NCBI GenBank assembly: GCA_977017575.1
Contig: CDRNVI010000017.1
Coordinates: 12,836 to 76,835 of the forward strand
From: Paramoeba atlantica
Lineage: Eukaryota; Protista; Discosea
Direction of reading: 5' to 3'
Length of the DNA: 64,000 nt
The notes below the pieces were generated by a model. The model saw only the letters and a list, made by a program, of their open reading frames with translations, searched no databases and had not been told where the DNA came from. Every line of letters begins with the position of its first letter. The stretch's first letter is position 1. Below, piece by piece: positions 32,440 to 42,565 of this stretch. The position numbers and the translations under genes were made by a program.

Positions 32440-35400
32440 ATGTCCTGCCGCGAACGTCCATGTACACACTCCTCAGAAAATGAAGCGTCCTTCGCAAGAA
32501 TGGTGAACACAGACGACGTTACATTGAACGAGGCGGAGAAATCACACCTTCTTGGTAGTTGGAATCAATTTGAGGGCAACAGACATCTCATCTCAGCTCC
32601 CAGTACCTATGACGAAAGTCTGTACACAACGGAAATCCCGAGGAATATCCCTGCAGAATGGCTACGCCTCGCTGAAAAAAAATCAGACGACCGCGAAACA
32701 CCGGACACGGGACACCACCTAGCCGAGAATGAGGAAATACAACACTGCGCAGTACAACGAAAGGGTACGACAGCCAACCTTGCAGCTAGTATTTCTACTC
32801 TGAAATCAGGGCCAGCAATCAACGCTGCACTGAAGGATGCAATATCACGTCAACAGCGCAATGCGGATGGGATCAAAGGAGTTTCAAAGACGGATAACCG
32901 ATCACCTAGGCGACCCTTGGAAACACGAAGGCAACACCAACAGACTATTAAGGACAGCACCCTCGGCGAACAAACGCCGACACGCTCTCAGCCAGCCCAC
33001 CAGATCCAATCACCTCCAAAGCATTCCTCCGGCACAAAACCCATGACTAGCGAAACTGGTTGTTCCGAAGCACAATCGGACGGTAGGCGCGAAGACTTTG
33101 GCAACAGATATGCCCCACGAAACGGAAGCGACAAGCCCCCGCCACTTCCGCAGAGCGCTCCCAAACACCGCATCTGTCCTGCTGAAGGATGCGCCTGGCG
33201 CACGATTGCACATGGAGGGTCTTGGCAAGCATATTATAACCACGTAGCGTACCACCACAGTACCGGCGTCCCGGCTGCATGGTGGGCAGCGGAAGGCAAG
33301 TTCCTTTGTGAAACGTGCGGCAAACACTACACGCTCAACCGTAAAACTACGCACCCGAAGACCTGCATCGGTCAATCAAGTCAAGCAGCACAAATGTCAG
33401 TAGATATTTTTTCGCAGCACTCCATCGTAACAGAAACCGCCGAATTACCTACTTTGGCAAGTGTCTGCACACTCGCGAAGAGCACATGTAAAGACGTGCC
33501 CCACCGATGCCGTCAGCTGTGGGCGGAGATCTTAACTAGCGCTTTGAAGGCAGCAGTACAAGAAAACTCAGTAGCGACATGGACACTCCTTGCCATGCTC
33601 CCAAAGTGTGTGTTACCGGCCCCTCGACGCGGAGGGCGTAAAGGCTACATGGCGTACTCATCCCACGTTCGAAAGTGCATGGAGCGATGGATGGCAAAGG
33701 ACTACACTCAGTTGTGGAAAGAGGCAGCCGCTAATAGACGACAACGAAACCCTGACCCCATTTCGGAACAACATGAGGCCCAGAAAGCCGTCATCCGCGC
33801 AGAACTTCTAGTCAGACAAGGTGAATTCTCTAGAGGTATGGCTGCCTTAACCGCAGCGCCGATGGCAGATGAAAACGAAGAAACATATGCGAAGCTGTTG
33901 GAGAAGCATCCGGCACGTCAAACTACTACGGAAGCCCTCGCCGACCTTCCACCACACGTCAAACATTTGAACCTCGAAGAATCCGATATTAAAGTAGCCA
34001 TAAACAGTTTTCGTCGAGGATCTTCAGCAGGTACGATGGGTCTCCGCCCGGAACACTTACAATCCGCGCTTCTTTCCTACGAAGACAAGAATGTTCACCC
34101 GCTTCAGGAACTCACAAACCTAGCTAATCATCTTCTTTCTGGCAAAGCACCCATCGAAGTACAAGCATATTTCGCAGGTGCGCGACTATGTGCGCTCAAG
34201 AAGGGGGAAAACGACGTTCGCCCTATCGCAGCGGGGGAGACTATTCGTCGGTTAGTGAGCAAGGCCGCATGCAGTAGTGTCCGAATGAAAGCGGGGAAAT
34301 ACTTTGAAGCACAACAATATGGAGTGGCCACCCGAGCAGGGGCAGAACGTATCATTCACCTTTGTAGGCTTGCAATGGACACTGACACAACAAATTCCGA
34401 TATAGTTTTATGCAAAGTTGATTTGTCCAACGCATTTAACAACGTTAGCCGTGACGCATTCATCAGTCTCACCAGAGAGCACTTCCCGGAATTGTCCAGA
34501 TGGGTAGAATGGTGCTACGTCGAAACCAGTAGCTTAACTTACGGGCACCGTTTCGTACCGTCCGCGGAAGGGGTACAACAGGGCGATCCCCTCGGTCCTC
34601 TTCTCTTTTCCTTAGTCATGTTGGAGGTTACCAAACAAATTCAGTCGTACACGGAACTTCTTCTAAACCTGTGGTACTTAGACGATGGAGTTTTTATAGG
34701 GAAAGCAGAAGAAGTAAGAAAAGCCCTCGACATACTTGATCACCTCGGACCAGGTCAGGGACTACACCTCAATAGCAAGAAATGCGAGATCATCACACTA
34801 CCCTCATCTGCACACCAAACATCTCTTTTCCCAGATATACCAAAAGACAAGCAAAACACAGAAGGAAATTTCGACATCCTAGGAAGCCCTATCGGATCCC
34901 ACAAACACTGCGCCGAATACCTCATGACCAATGCGATCGAACCAGCAGAAGATACTTTAGTTGCTTCCAGTTTAATTGAGGACCCGCAGGTCGCCATGGC
35001 ACTGATACGACAATGTGCTGGCTTTTGTCAACTGGTCTACGCCCTACGTACAACACCCCCACAATGCATACAACGCGTTTGCGAACATCTAGACAATTCA
35101 CTGTTGAGCACAGCTGAGGAAATACTTTGCCCACTGAACGCCCCTGCCCGCGCTCAGATCCAACGCCTGAAGAGACACGGAGGTTTCGGTCTGCGTTCAT
35201 CGGAAATGTACTCGTCTTCAGCTTACGTAGCATCTGTGGTGTTCGCAGCAAGCAAGGACGGATGGAATCCACTGGACGCGGAAGGTTTTTCACCTGCCGT
35301 CAACGACGTGAACGCAAAAGCCGGAGGCACTCTCGTAGATCCCGAAACGGGTCGTTTCCTTTGCCCCACCACCCAACAGCGCGACCTATCACATCCCTCT

Positions 35401-35827
35401 TTTCCCCCAAAGCCACCCATTCACTCTTCCACACAGGTCGATACAGCCCGCGAGCCATCAGACACCGGACCTTTTTTAGATGCTGACCCGCCGTTGGGCG
35501 CTGACCTTGACATAGATATTGACCCGCCAGAATGGGACGAAAGTATCATCCCACGTCAGAAAGATATCATCCGCGCTATAGGGGAAAGGGAGTTTAATAT
35601 AGCATACTGTTCCGCTGATACACGAACGCGAACCAGATGGGTATCACAATCAGGGAAAGGGGCTAGCAGTTGGGCATTCGTCACCCCATCGAAGGACCTG
35701 GGCTATGCATTCAAACCCGCGGAGTTTCGAACCTTGTGTCGATGGTGGTTGGGGGTGGATGTATACGGAGAAACTCGTCCATGTCCCTCGGATGAATGCA
35801 AACTCCCTCTGGGTCCTGAAGGGGATC
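32440..35827 (+). CDS. Family D polyprotein, part 1 (LsmAD-like, ZnF, RT, start of CCHC)
   Basis: First ATG 32440; GSWNQFEGN..STYDESLYTT; YLDD. Confidence 0.9.
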
Positions 35828-36034
35828 CAATCCAATCCAATCCAAAATACCGACAAAGTCGGCTAAAATACTTAGCACTTTCACATCAAACACTTCCATC
35901 TCTATCACCTCCAAATTCAGAGTTTTTGTGCCTCCAATACTAGAGCACACAAACCGCATAAAGTAATGGAATATAAAAACTTCCTCAAGGCATATTCTAG
36001 CACACGTACGGAGATACACAGCAAGCACTCACAC

Positions 36035-39000
36035 TTACTTTGGTGTCCCCCTTCCACCGCCAGTTCTCGTAACTTTCTGGCGAATAACAACTCTTTCCTC
36101 TGCCTCACGTTTAGGCGCGGATGAGGCTTTCACTGCACGCTGACTTTTCGCGTTTCGTTTTGCAAACTGCTGAGCAGTGGTTTGCGAATTTGAAGACTTT
36201 CTTCTCTTTATTTCAGGTTCGCTTACTTTCTTTCTAGATGCAGACAATGCGAGCGAGTCTGCTGCCTCGTTCCAAGGATTTCCCGAGTGAGATTTAACTT
36301 TACACATGTATATTTGTACCCCTTGACCCTTCAACGCGCGTAATTTATGGTCGATTTGATCCATCAAGTCTCCATTTGCAATTCCGATGTAGCCTACAAC
36401 GCGAAAACGTGATCTTAAACTGTGAAAATATTGCCAAACGTAACAAGAATCAGTATGAAAAACGCAAGAGAGTGATCCTTCTGGAATTTTCGAAATAGCC
36501 TCACGAAATGCTAATAATTCGGCCCTCTCACTTGTTCCCACCTCCAACGGAATAGAGTAGTAATCAGGGTCACCCTTAATTTTCAAGAAAACAACACCAG
36601 CACCGCTACGCACCGTTTGTGTTCCGCGCAAAACTCTCACTGAACCATCCGTGTAGAAATGTATAGATTTAAGTTTGGGGAATGGCACGCTAGATTCTTC
36701 AATGAATTGTAGCTCTTTATAACTCTTGTTCTTGATAGCTGTGGCTTTCAATGCTTTCCATTTTTTTGTAGTAGCACGCTCGTAGTCAACCACTGGCTCA
36801 AGTGAAAGTTTTAGCTTTTCGGTGAGACGAAACCAATGTTCTCGATCTGTAGCATAAACCAATGCCTCTTCTAAAGTTATACCCAAGTCTGAAATACATG
36901 CTTCGCTTGGAGAAGGACGTCTCGAATTAGATTTATGTCTCCATTGCACCAGCTCTCGATAGTTCGAAGAATGTCTCAGCATGTGTCCGGTAAGTTTGGC
37001 TCTCTGAACTTTGTGAATGGTGGAAAATCGTGATGTATTTACGTAGAGAGAGTCTGTAGGATAGCAAAAACCATACTCGTCCAATTTGTTGCACTGAGAT
37101 GCGATTCTTCTCATCGTATTAATTTCGACATCAATCGAACGCAACATTTTTTGAGAAATGTGCAATGCGCCTGAACCAAAGTTCAGAATAGGGTATATAA
37201 GCACGTCGTATAGTCTGAGTTTAAGATGAGAGCTTAAAGATGAAATCCATATTCCTCGCATGCGGGCAAATGAGGACCAAGCAAGTTTCAAACGATCTTT
37301 GATTGTAGATGATGTTTCATTGTCTTGAAGATGCCCTAGATGTCGATACGAATCTACTCTAGGTACCTTTTCCAGTTCTTTTGTCTGGAGATTCTTATTT
37401 GAGCCGGCAACCTTACCGAAAGGTATCCATGCGGTTTTTGTAACACCTACAGCTATCTTTAGGTTCGCCAAGGAAGCATCCTTTGACGTTTCGTCAATCA
37501 TTTCCTGGAGACCTTCCTTTGTATCACTGAACAATACAATGTCATCTGCAAAATCAATATCAGAAATTCGTTTTTCCTGTAGGTTCCGTTTTCTTGTCCC
37601 GCTTGAACTCAAAAGTAATCCGCGATTTTCCAGGTCCAGCGACTTATTAAGAATGCGATCCATAACCATCACGAAAAGGTAAGGGGCCAACACATCCCCT
37701 TGGAGTATTCCTGTAGTTATCGGAAAAGAATCTGTGATACCAAAAGGTGTGCGGACTACTCCTTTCAGATTTGAGTACAATGACATGATCATTTCGGATA
37801 GACGAACGCCCACGTGAAATGCTTTCAGACTCGCTTTTATCGCAGCGAAAGATACAGATGGGAATGCCTTTGCGAAATCAATGAACGCTACACAAACACC
37901 TTTATTCCGAAATGCCTTGGACTTTATTTCATTCATGATTGTTTGCGCACCAGCGGTAGATCTATTTTGACGAAAACCGTATTGATTGTCTCGAAGAAGT
38001 GGTTCAACGCTGGGGCGGATGCGAGTAAGAATCATAAAATTCATCAGCTTGACTATACTGTTTACAAGGCAAATAGGGCGCCAGTTTGAAAGCTGCGATA
38101 AATCCCCTTTCTTTGGAATAGGTATTTGAAGAATGACTTTCCATGATGCTTCGGTAACGCCTGTTTCATGCACTTCATTGATTAGCTCCAGCAATAAATC
38201 TCTAAAATCCTGATGTGTCGAAATTGCTTGTAAGGCCTCCATGGGAATACCGTCCCCCCCTGGGGCTCTATTCTTCCCGAAGTGCGAAAGCGAATAAAAG
38301 AGCTCCTCGGCAGTAAACTTGCCATCTGAAATTGGTATAAAGGGAAGATGTACTTCATTAAAAGAAATGTTGGGGTCTCCCCGATCGTACCCTGTGAAAT
38401 TCATAAAGTGCTTACGTACCTCTTGGAGCTTATTTTTCTTTGCATTACCAGGCGTAGTGAAGGACACGCGGTAGGTTCCGCACACTTGCCGTAGTGTTCT
38501 CCATGGGTTCGAGTGGTTTTTCTTAATACTTTTTTCGAGCTCTACACATTCATTGGTGATTTCCGTCTCGACTTCTGCTCTATGCTCCTTAACCAGGCTC
38601 TTAAAAGTTGCTATACTTTTACTCTGTTGGTATAACTCTCTAAGCCCATGAGCCATGGACTCTCGTGCGGGCTTTCTATCAGAATTCCGTTTTTGTGGTC
38701 TGTGGAGCTCTCTGGCTGCTTGTAGAATGCATTTTGAGAGAGCTGTCCACTTGGTTGGTGCATCGCTATTTTGCTCATATTTCTTATGCACATTCTTGAC
38801 GTACTCCGCTCGTTTTGTTTCATCACGAAGTTGAAACCAAGGAATGATTTTTGATGCCTTTGAAGTACTTGATTTCCACTTGATTTTTACGAGCGCTTGT
38901 TCACAGCAGTGCGTTGTGGGAATAGGTGCCATAATAACTTTATGACGTTGTATTGCAGAAGCAAATCTGTTGCAAATACATATGTGATCCAATTGCCGCA

Positions 39001-40168
39001 AGACTCTCTTTGGCTTCTTGACGTTCGTTTGTTTTTCACTCTTTGGTGTGTTGTTTGGCAATTCGCATGTCCATGTTCGGCTGCTTGGACAGAGAGCATG
39101 AGCAGATTTGCATCCGATTGAACACAATAATCCCTTGAAACGTGCAATTGCATGTGGATCTAAATCCTTATTGGTCAAAAGTGTAAGTGGTGAGTTAAAG
39201 TCACCTAGAACGAAGAGAGGTCTGTGTAAATTGTTCTCCCGAATTCCTGCGCAGCAGGATTCTACATCCCCATGGAACTCTGTAATCTCTGTCTCGGCAG
39301 AGTCTCTAGTAGGAGAATAAACGTTGACAATGTGTCCAACTCCGTCCTCCATTTCAAATTCGCTTACCATGATTCGCTCAGTCAGTTTTGAAACATTAAT
39401 CAGTGGAGTGCTGCTAATAACACCCATTCCATTATATGCGTCTTTAGCGCGAGCCGATGTGAGGTAAAGATGATAATCCGTTTTCCGGTAACGTACTTTG
39501 CGATGTAGGACTTCAGCCATTTCGGTAGATGAAAACCTGTAGCGCGTCTCCTGCATACATAGTATATGAACTCCTTTCCGATTCATAAAACCAATCACCT
39601 CATACAGATGAGCACTTTTTCGTAGAGAAAATTCATCATCACCCTTCAGCTTTAGAGTAGTCACGTTTAATGTTGCAATGCTGAGCATTTTCTTCACAGC
39701 GAGGTCTCTTGGACCCTCCGAGTCGCGTAGAAAACGTTTGCCAGACTGTTTCCTCGATTTGCGATGTCGCTTTTTCTTGCGACAGACATCCCTAGGCACT
39801 CGCAGACGTGCTGCACACAGTACTACTACTGGATTATAAGGCGGAAAAGGAAGTGTTTCACGCGGACGTTGAGCATAGCGCACTCGCCAACGACCATCAT
39901 TACGAGGATATCCTGCACGGAAAGGACTCCAACGTTCAACGACCCCCTCCCATAGCTTAAAATCTGATGTATTCTCGAGCCTCCATACAACTGCCAGTTC
40001 GCACCCAGAAGACATCTGCCGCGCTAGTTGGCGCAACGACCTCGCGCGGAGTTTAGCAGGCCTTGATTTACCCACAGAAGGATAGAACAAAACCCCCCGA
40101 TCAAGCGTGGAACGCGAGAGAAGATTCATGATTTCAGTGGACTCTCGTGGCCCGGACGCGTCCGCCAT
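36035..40168 (-). CDS. Family A protein, 1377 aa: N-terminal W-rich domain, APE, RT, RNase H
   Basis: ATLNVTTL, CMQETR, LGDFNS, QLDHI; QGDVLAPYLF, FADD; YTDGS, RAEL, HTDS, SH..NEAAD. Confidence 0.94.
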   Translation of the reverse strand: MADASGPRESTEIMNLLSRSTLDRGVLFYPSVGKSRPAKLRARSLRQLARQMSSGCELAVVWRLENTSDFKLWEGVVERWSPFRAGYPRNDGRWRVRYAQRPRETLPFPPYNPVVVLCAARLRVPRDVCRKKKRHRKSRKQSGKRFLRDSEGPRDLAVKKMLSIATLNVTTLKLKGDDEFSLRKSAHLYEVIGFMNRKGVHILCMQETRYRFSSTEMAEVLHRKVRYRKTDYHLYLTSARAKDAYNGMGVISSTPLINVSKLTERIMVSEFEMEDGVGHIVNVYSPTRDSAETEITEFHGDVESCCAGIRENNLHRPLFVLGDFNSPLTLLTNKDLDPHAIARFKGLLCSIGCKSAHALCPSSRTWTCELPNNTPKSEKQTNVKKPKRVLRQLDHICICNRFASAIQRHKVIMAPIPTTHCCEQALVKIKWKSSTSKASKIIPWFQLRDETKRAEYVKNVHKKYEQNSDAPTKWTALSKCILQAARELHRPQKRNSDRKPARESMAHGLRELYQQSKSIATFKSLVKEHRAEVETEITNECVELEKSIKKNHSNPWRTLRQVCGTYRVSFTTPGNAKKNKLQEVRKHFMNFTGYDRGDPNISFNEVHLPFIPISDGKFTAEELFYSLSHFGKNRAPGGDGIPMEALQAISTHQDFRDLLLELINEVHETGVTEASWKVILQIPIPKKGDLSQLSNWRPICLVNSIVKLMNFMILTRIRPSVEPLLRDNQYGFRQNRSTAGAQTIMNEIKSKAFRNKGVCVAFIDFAKAFPSVSFAAIKASLKAFHVGVRLSEMIMSLYSNLKGVVRTPFGITDSFPITTGILQGDVLAPYLFVMVMDRILNKSLDLENRGLLLSSSGTRKRNLQEKRISDIDFADDIVLFSDTKEGLQEMIDETSKDASLANLKIAVGVTKTAWIPFGKVAGSNKNLQTKELEKVPRVDSYRHLGHLQDNETSSTIKDRLKLAWSSFARMRGIWISSLSSHLKLRLYDVLIYPILNFGSGALHISQKMLRSIDVEINTMRRIASQCNKLDEYGFCYPTDSLYVNTSRFSTIHKVQRAKLTGHMLRHSSNYRELVQWRHKSNSRRPSPSEACISDLGITLEEALVYATDREHWFRLTEKLKLSLEPVVDYERATTKKWKALKATAIKNKSYKELQFIEESSVPFPKLKSIHFYTDGSVRVLRGTQTVRSGAGVVFLKIKGDPDYYSIPLEVGTSERAELLAFREAISKIPEGSLSCVFHTDSCYVWQYFHSLRSRFRVVGYIGIANGDLMDQIDHKLRALKGQGVQIYMCKVKSHSGNPWNEAADSLALSASRKKVSEPEIKRRKSSNSQTTAQQFAKRNAKSQRAVKASSAPKREAEERVVIRQKVTRTGGGRGTPK

Positions 40169-40182
40169 TTTATCAAATTAAA

Positions 40183-41244
40183 TTAATAAAAAGGTTGATC
40201 TTAATAAAAAGGTTGATCTTAATAAAAAGGTTGATCTTAATAAAAAGGTTGATCTTAATAAAAAGGTTGATCTTAATAAAAAGGTTGATCTTAATAAAAA
40301 GGTTGATCTTAATAAAAAGGTTGATCTTAATAAAAAGGTTGATCTTAATAAAAAGGTTGATCTTAATAAAAAGGTTGATCTTAATAAAAAGGTTGATCTT
40401 AATAAAAAGGTTGATCTTAATAAAAAGGTTGATCTTAATAAAAAGGTTGATCTTAATAAAAAGGTTGATCTTAATAAAAATGTTGATCTTAATAAAAAGG
40501 TTGATCTTAATAAAAAGGTTGATCTTAATAAAAAGGTTGATCTTAATAAAAAGGTTGATCTTAATAAAAAGGTTGATCTTAATAAAAAGGTTGATCTTAA
40601 TAAAAAGGTTGATCTTAATAAAAAGGTTGATCTTAATAAAAAGGTTGATCTTAATAAAAAGGTTGATCTTAATAAAAAGGTTGATCTTAATAAAAAGGTT
40701 GATCTTAATAAAAAGGTTGATCTTAATAAAAAGGTTGATCTTAATAAAAAGGTTGATCTTAATAAAAAGGTTGATCTTAATAAAAAGGTTGATCTTAATA
40801 AAAAGGTTGATCTTAATAAAAAGGTTGATCTTAATAAAAAGGTTGATCTTAATAAAAAGGTTGATCTTAATAAAAAGGTTGATCTTAATAAAAAGGTTGA
40901 TCTTAATAAAAAGGTTGATCTTAATAAAAAGGTTGATCTTAATAAAAAGGTTGATCTTAATAAAAAGGTTGATCTTAATAAAAAGGTTGATCTTAATAAA
41001 AAGGTTGATCTTAATAAAAAGGTTGATCTTAATAAAAAGGTTGATCTTAATAAAAAGGTTGATCTTAATAAAAAGGTTGATCTTAATAAAAAGGTTGATC
41101 TTAATAAAAAGGTTGATCTTAATAAAAAGGTTGATCTTAATAAAAAGGTTGATCTTAATAAAAAGGTTGATCTTAATAAAAAGGTTGATCTTAATAAAAA
41201 GGTTGATCTTAATAAAAAGGTTGATCTTAATAAAAAGGTTGATC
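40183..41244. repeat. 59 x 18-nt tandem repeat TTAATAAAAAGGTTGATC (one variant at 40481)
   Basis: 1062 nt / 18 = 59 units. Confidence 0.96.
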
Positions 41245-41256
41245 CTGAAGGGGATC

Positions 41257-41834
41257 ACGCACTCGTGTGCAAACATGGACAAGGTATAATAAACCGGCAC
41301 AATTCCCTGGTTGAACATTTTTCCTCCTTCTGCGGGCATGCCTCTTTGGCACCCCAACGAGAGCACAGTCTTGGCAATCGAGGTCCCGGAGGGGGGCTCA
41401 CCAGGCCAGGCGATGTGTTTCTCCCCACGTATTCCAAGGCTAAAGGCATGGTCCTTGATTTTGCAGTTACCCACGCTCAGCAAACTAAATACACGGACAA
41501 AGTTCGTAACGCTAGCTGGGTAGCTGCAGGATCATTCGCCGAGCACTACGCCGCGGAAAAAAAGGTGCACCAACGGTTGGAGGCTGAGGAAGCAGGCCAT
41601 GAATTCACAGCCATGGTGGTAGAGAGCTATGGCTCCTGGAGCGTGAGCGCAACGTCCGTTCTAAAGGGAGTCGGAAAGAGGCGGGCACAGGCCTCAAATG
41701 GGACCCTTACGGAAGAGCAGGCTACAAATAAATTGTATGCCGAATTGAATGTGACCCTCATGCGAGCACAAGCTCGTATGATGGTTACACGCATGGCTGT
41801 GCCCGACCCGAACGAGCCCATCACGGAAGGATAG
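41257..41834 (+). CDS. Family D polyprotein, part 2 (end of CCHC + RLE)
   Basis: HALVCKH..RHN..RPGDVF..LDFAVTH. Confidence 0.9.
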
Positions 41835-41874
41835 TGTCGGACCCAACGGATCCTATGGTGGTGACATAGGCCAC

Positions 41875-42107
41875 GGGTGCTGGTCGGGTCGACAGAGTCT
41901 ATGCTCACGCCTAGCCCGCGAGGGCTAGGTACCCCAAGTGAGGTAGTACACGGGTAGTGAATCTCCTCCCCGTCGACCAGCATCCTGTTTCGCGACCGTG
42001 TCGCTGTCGACACAGGCCCGCGCCTGCGCCCTCCCATATAGCAAGGGAAGGGTTCACAAGTCAGGCCGTGGAGTGGTCGAAAGACCCGGTCCGGAACGCG
42101 CGAATGG
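41875..42107 (+). ncRNA. Structured 3'UTR RNA element (D)
   Basis: As for the other copies. Confidence 0.62.
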
Positions 42108-42278
42108 ATTGGGTCTGTATTGCTTGTTTTAGTTTTTACTGTTTCTTGTTTGTAGTATATACTTAGGGGAGATTAAATTGCTAGTTTTGGGCTGAGAAAA
42201 AACAAAAGGTACATCTGTGGAAACAAAAAGAATTGCTAATTTGATTGCTTGTTTTCAACTCAAAAAAAAAAAAAAAAA

Positions 42279-42483
42279 GACACGTGTGTTTCGTGGCCTC
42301 CACGTCTCCCACCCTCGTACGGCAACCAAAAGTATTTATTACTGCTAACGGGGTGGGAGCGGAGGTGCAGGACCATACGGGCCTGGGTGCATGCGGATCG
42401 GTGAGTGGGGTAGGGAGTGAGGGAAGGGAAGTACGAGAGGGCTAAGAGGAGTAGGTGTGGAAAGTAAAAAAAAAAAAAAAAAA
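42279..42483 (+). mobile_element. Orphan short poly(A)-tailed unit
   Basis: Lies between two A-tracts; stem CTCCCACC/GGTGGGAG; purine-rich 3' end as in the I, J and G UTRs. Confidence 0.5.
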
Positions 42484-42521
42484 CTCTTTAACGATAAAGA
42501 TACAGTTTCTGTACCTTGTTG
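42482..42521 (+). other. Spliced-leader-like exon at 5' end of element G (longest version)
   Basis: AACTCTTTAACGATAAAGATACAGTTTCTGTACCTTGTTG. Confidence 0.85.
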
Positions 42522-42565
42522 AATTTTTTCTATTTCATCTCTTTCCGAGGTACGGGTTAATTTTT

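Larger units (their letters stand above)
35828..41244 (-). mobile_element. Full-length APE-RT-RNase H element, family A, with a 59-copy 5' repeat
   Basis: (GGATT)n tail at 35828-35844 on the minus strand, stem-loop 35850-35862, 14-bp TSD. Confidence 0.93.
32362..42278 (+). mobile_element. Full-length CRE-like element, family D, interrupted by antisense family A insertion
   Basis: 32440-35827 joined to 41257-41834 restores an open 1321-aa ORF (..PEGD|HALVCKH..); TSD TCCTGAAGGGGATC at 35814-35827 and 41243-41256; poly(A) 42262-42278. Confidence 0.93.

Noticed and set aside
40183-41244. CRISPR array
   Set aside because: Units are contiguous with no spacers, there are no cas genes, and the context is eukaryotic.
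40147-41483. ORFs of 380 aa (+) and 436 aa (-) with LILIKR/INLFIK repeats
   Set aside because: Translation of the stop-free 18-nt tandem array; not a protein.
42455-42565. Upstream GTG/TTG starts running through poly(A) and SL (also 10859, 27498, 32392)
   Set aside because: They lie in the previous unit or in the SL; the first ATGs at 42566, 10901, 27540 and 32440 are more plausible.
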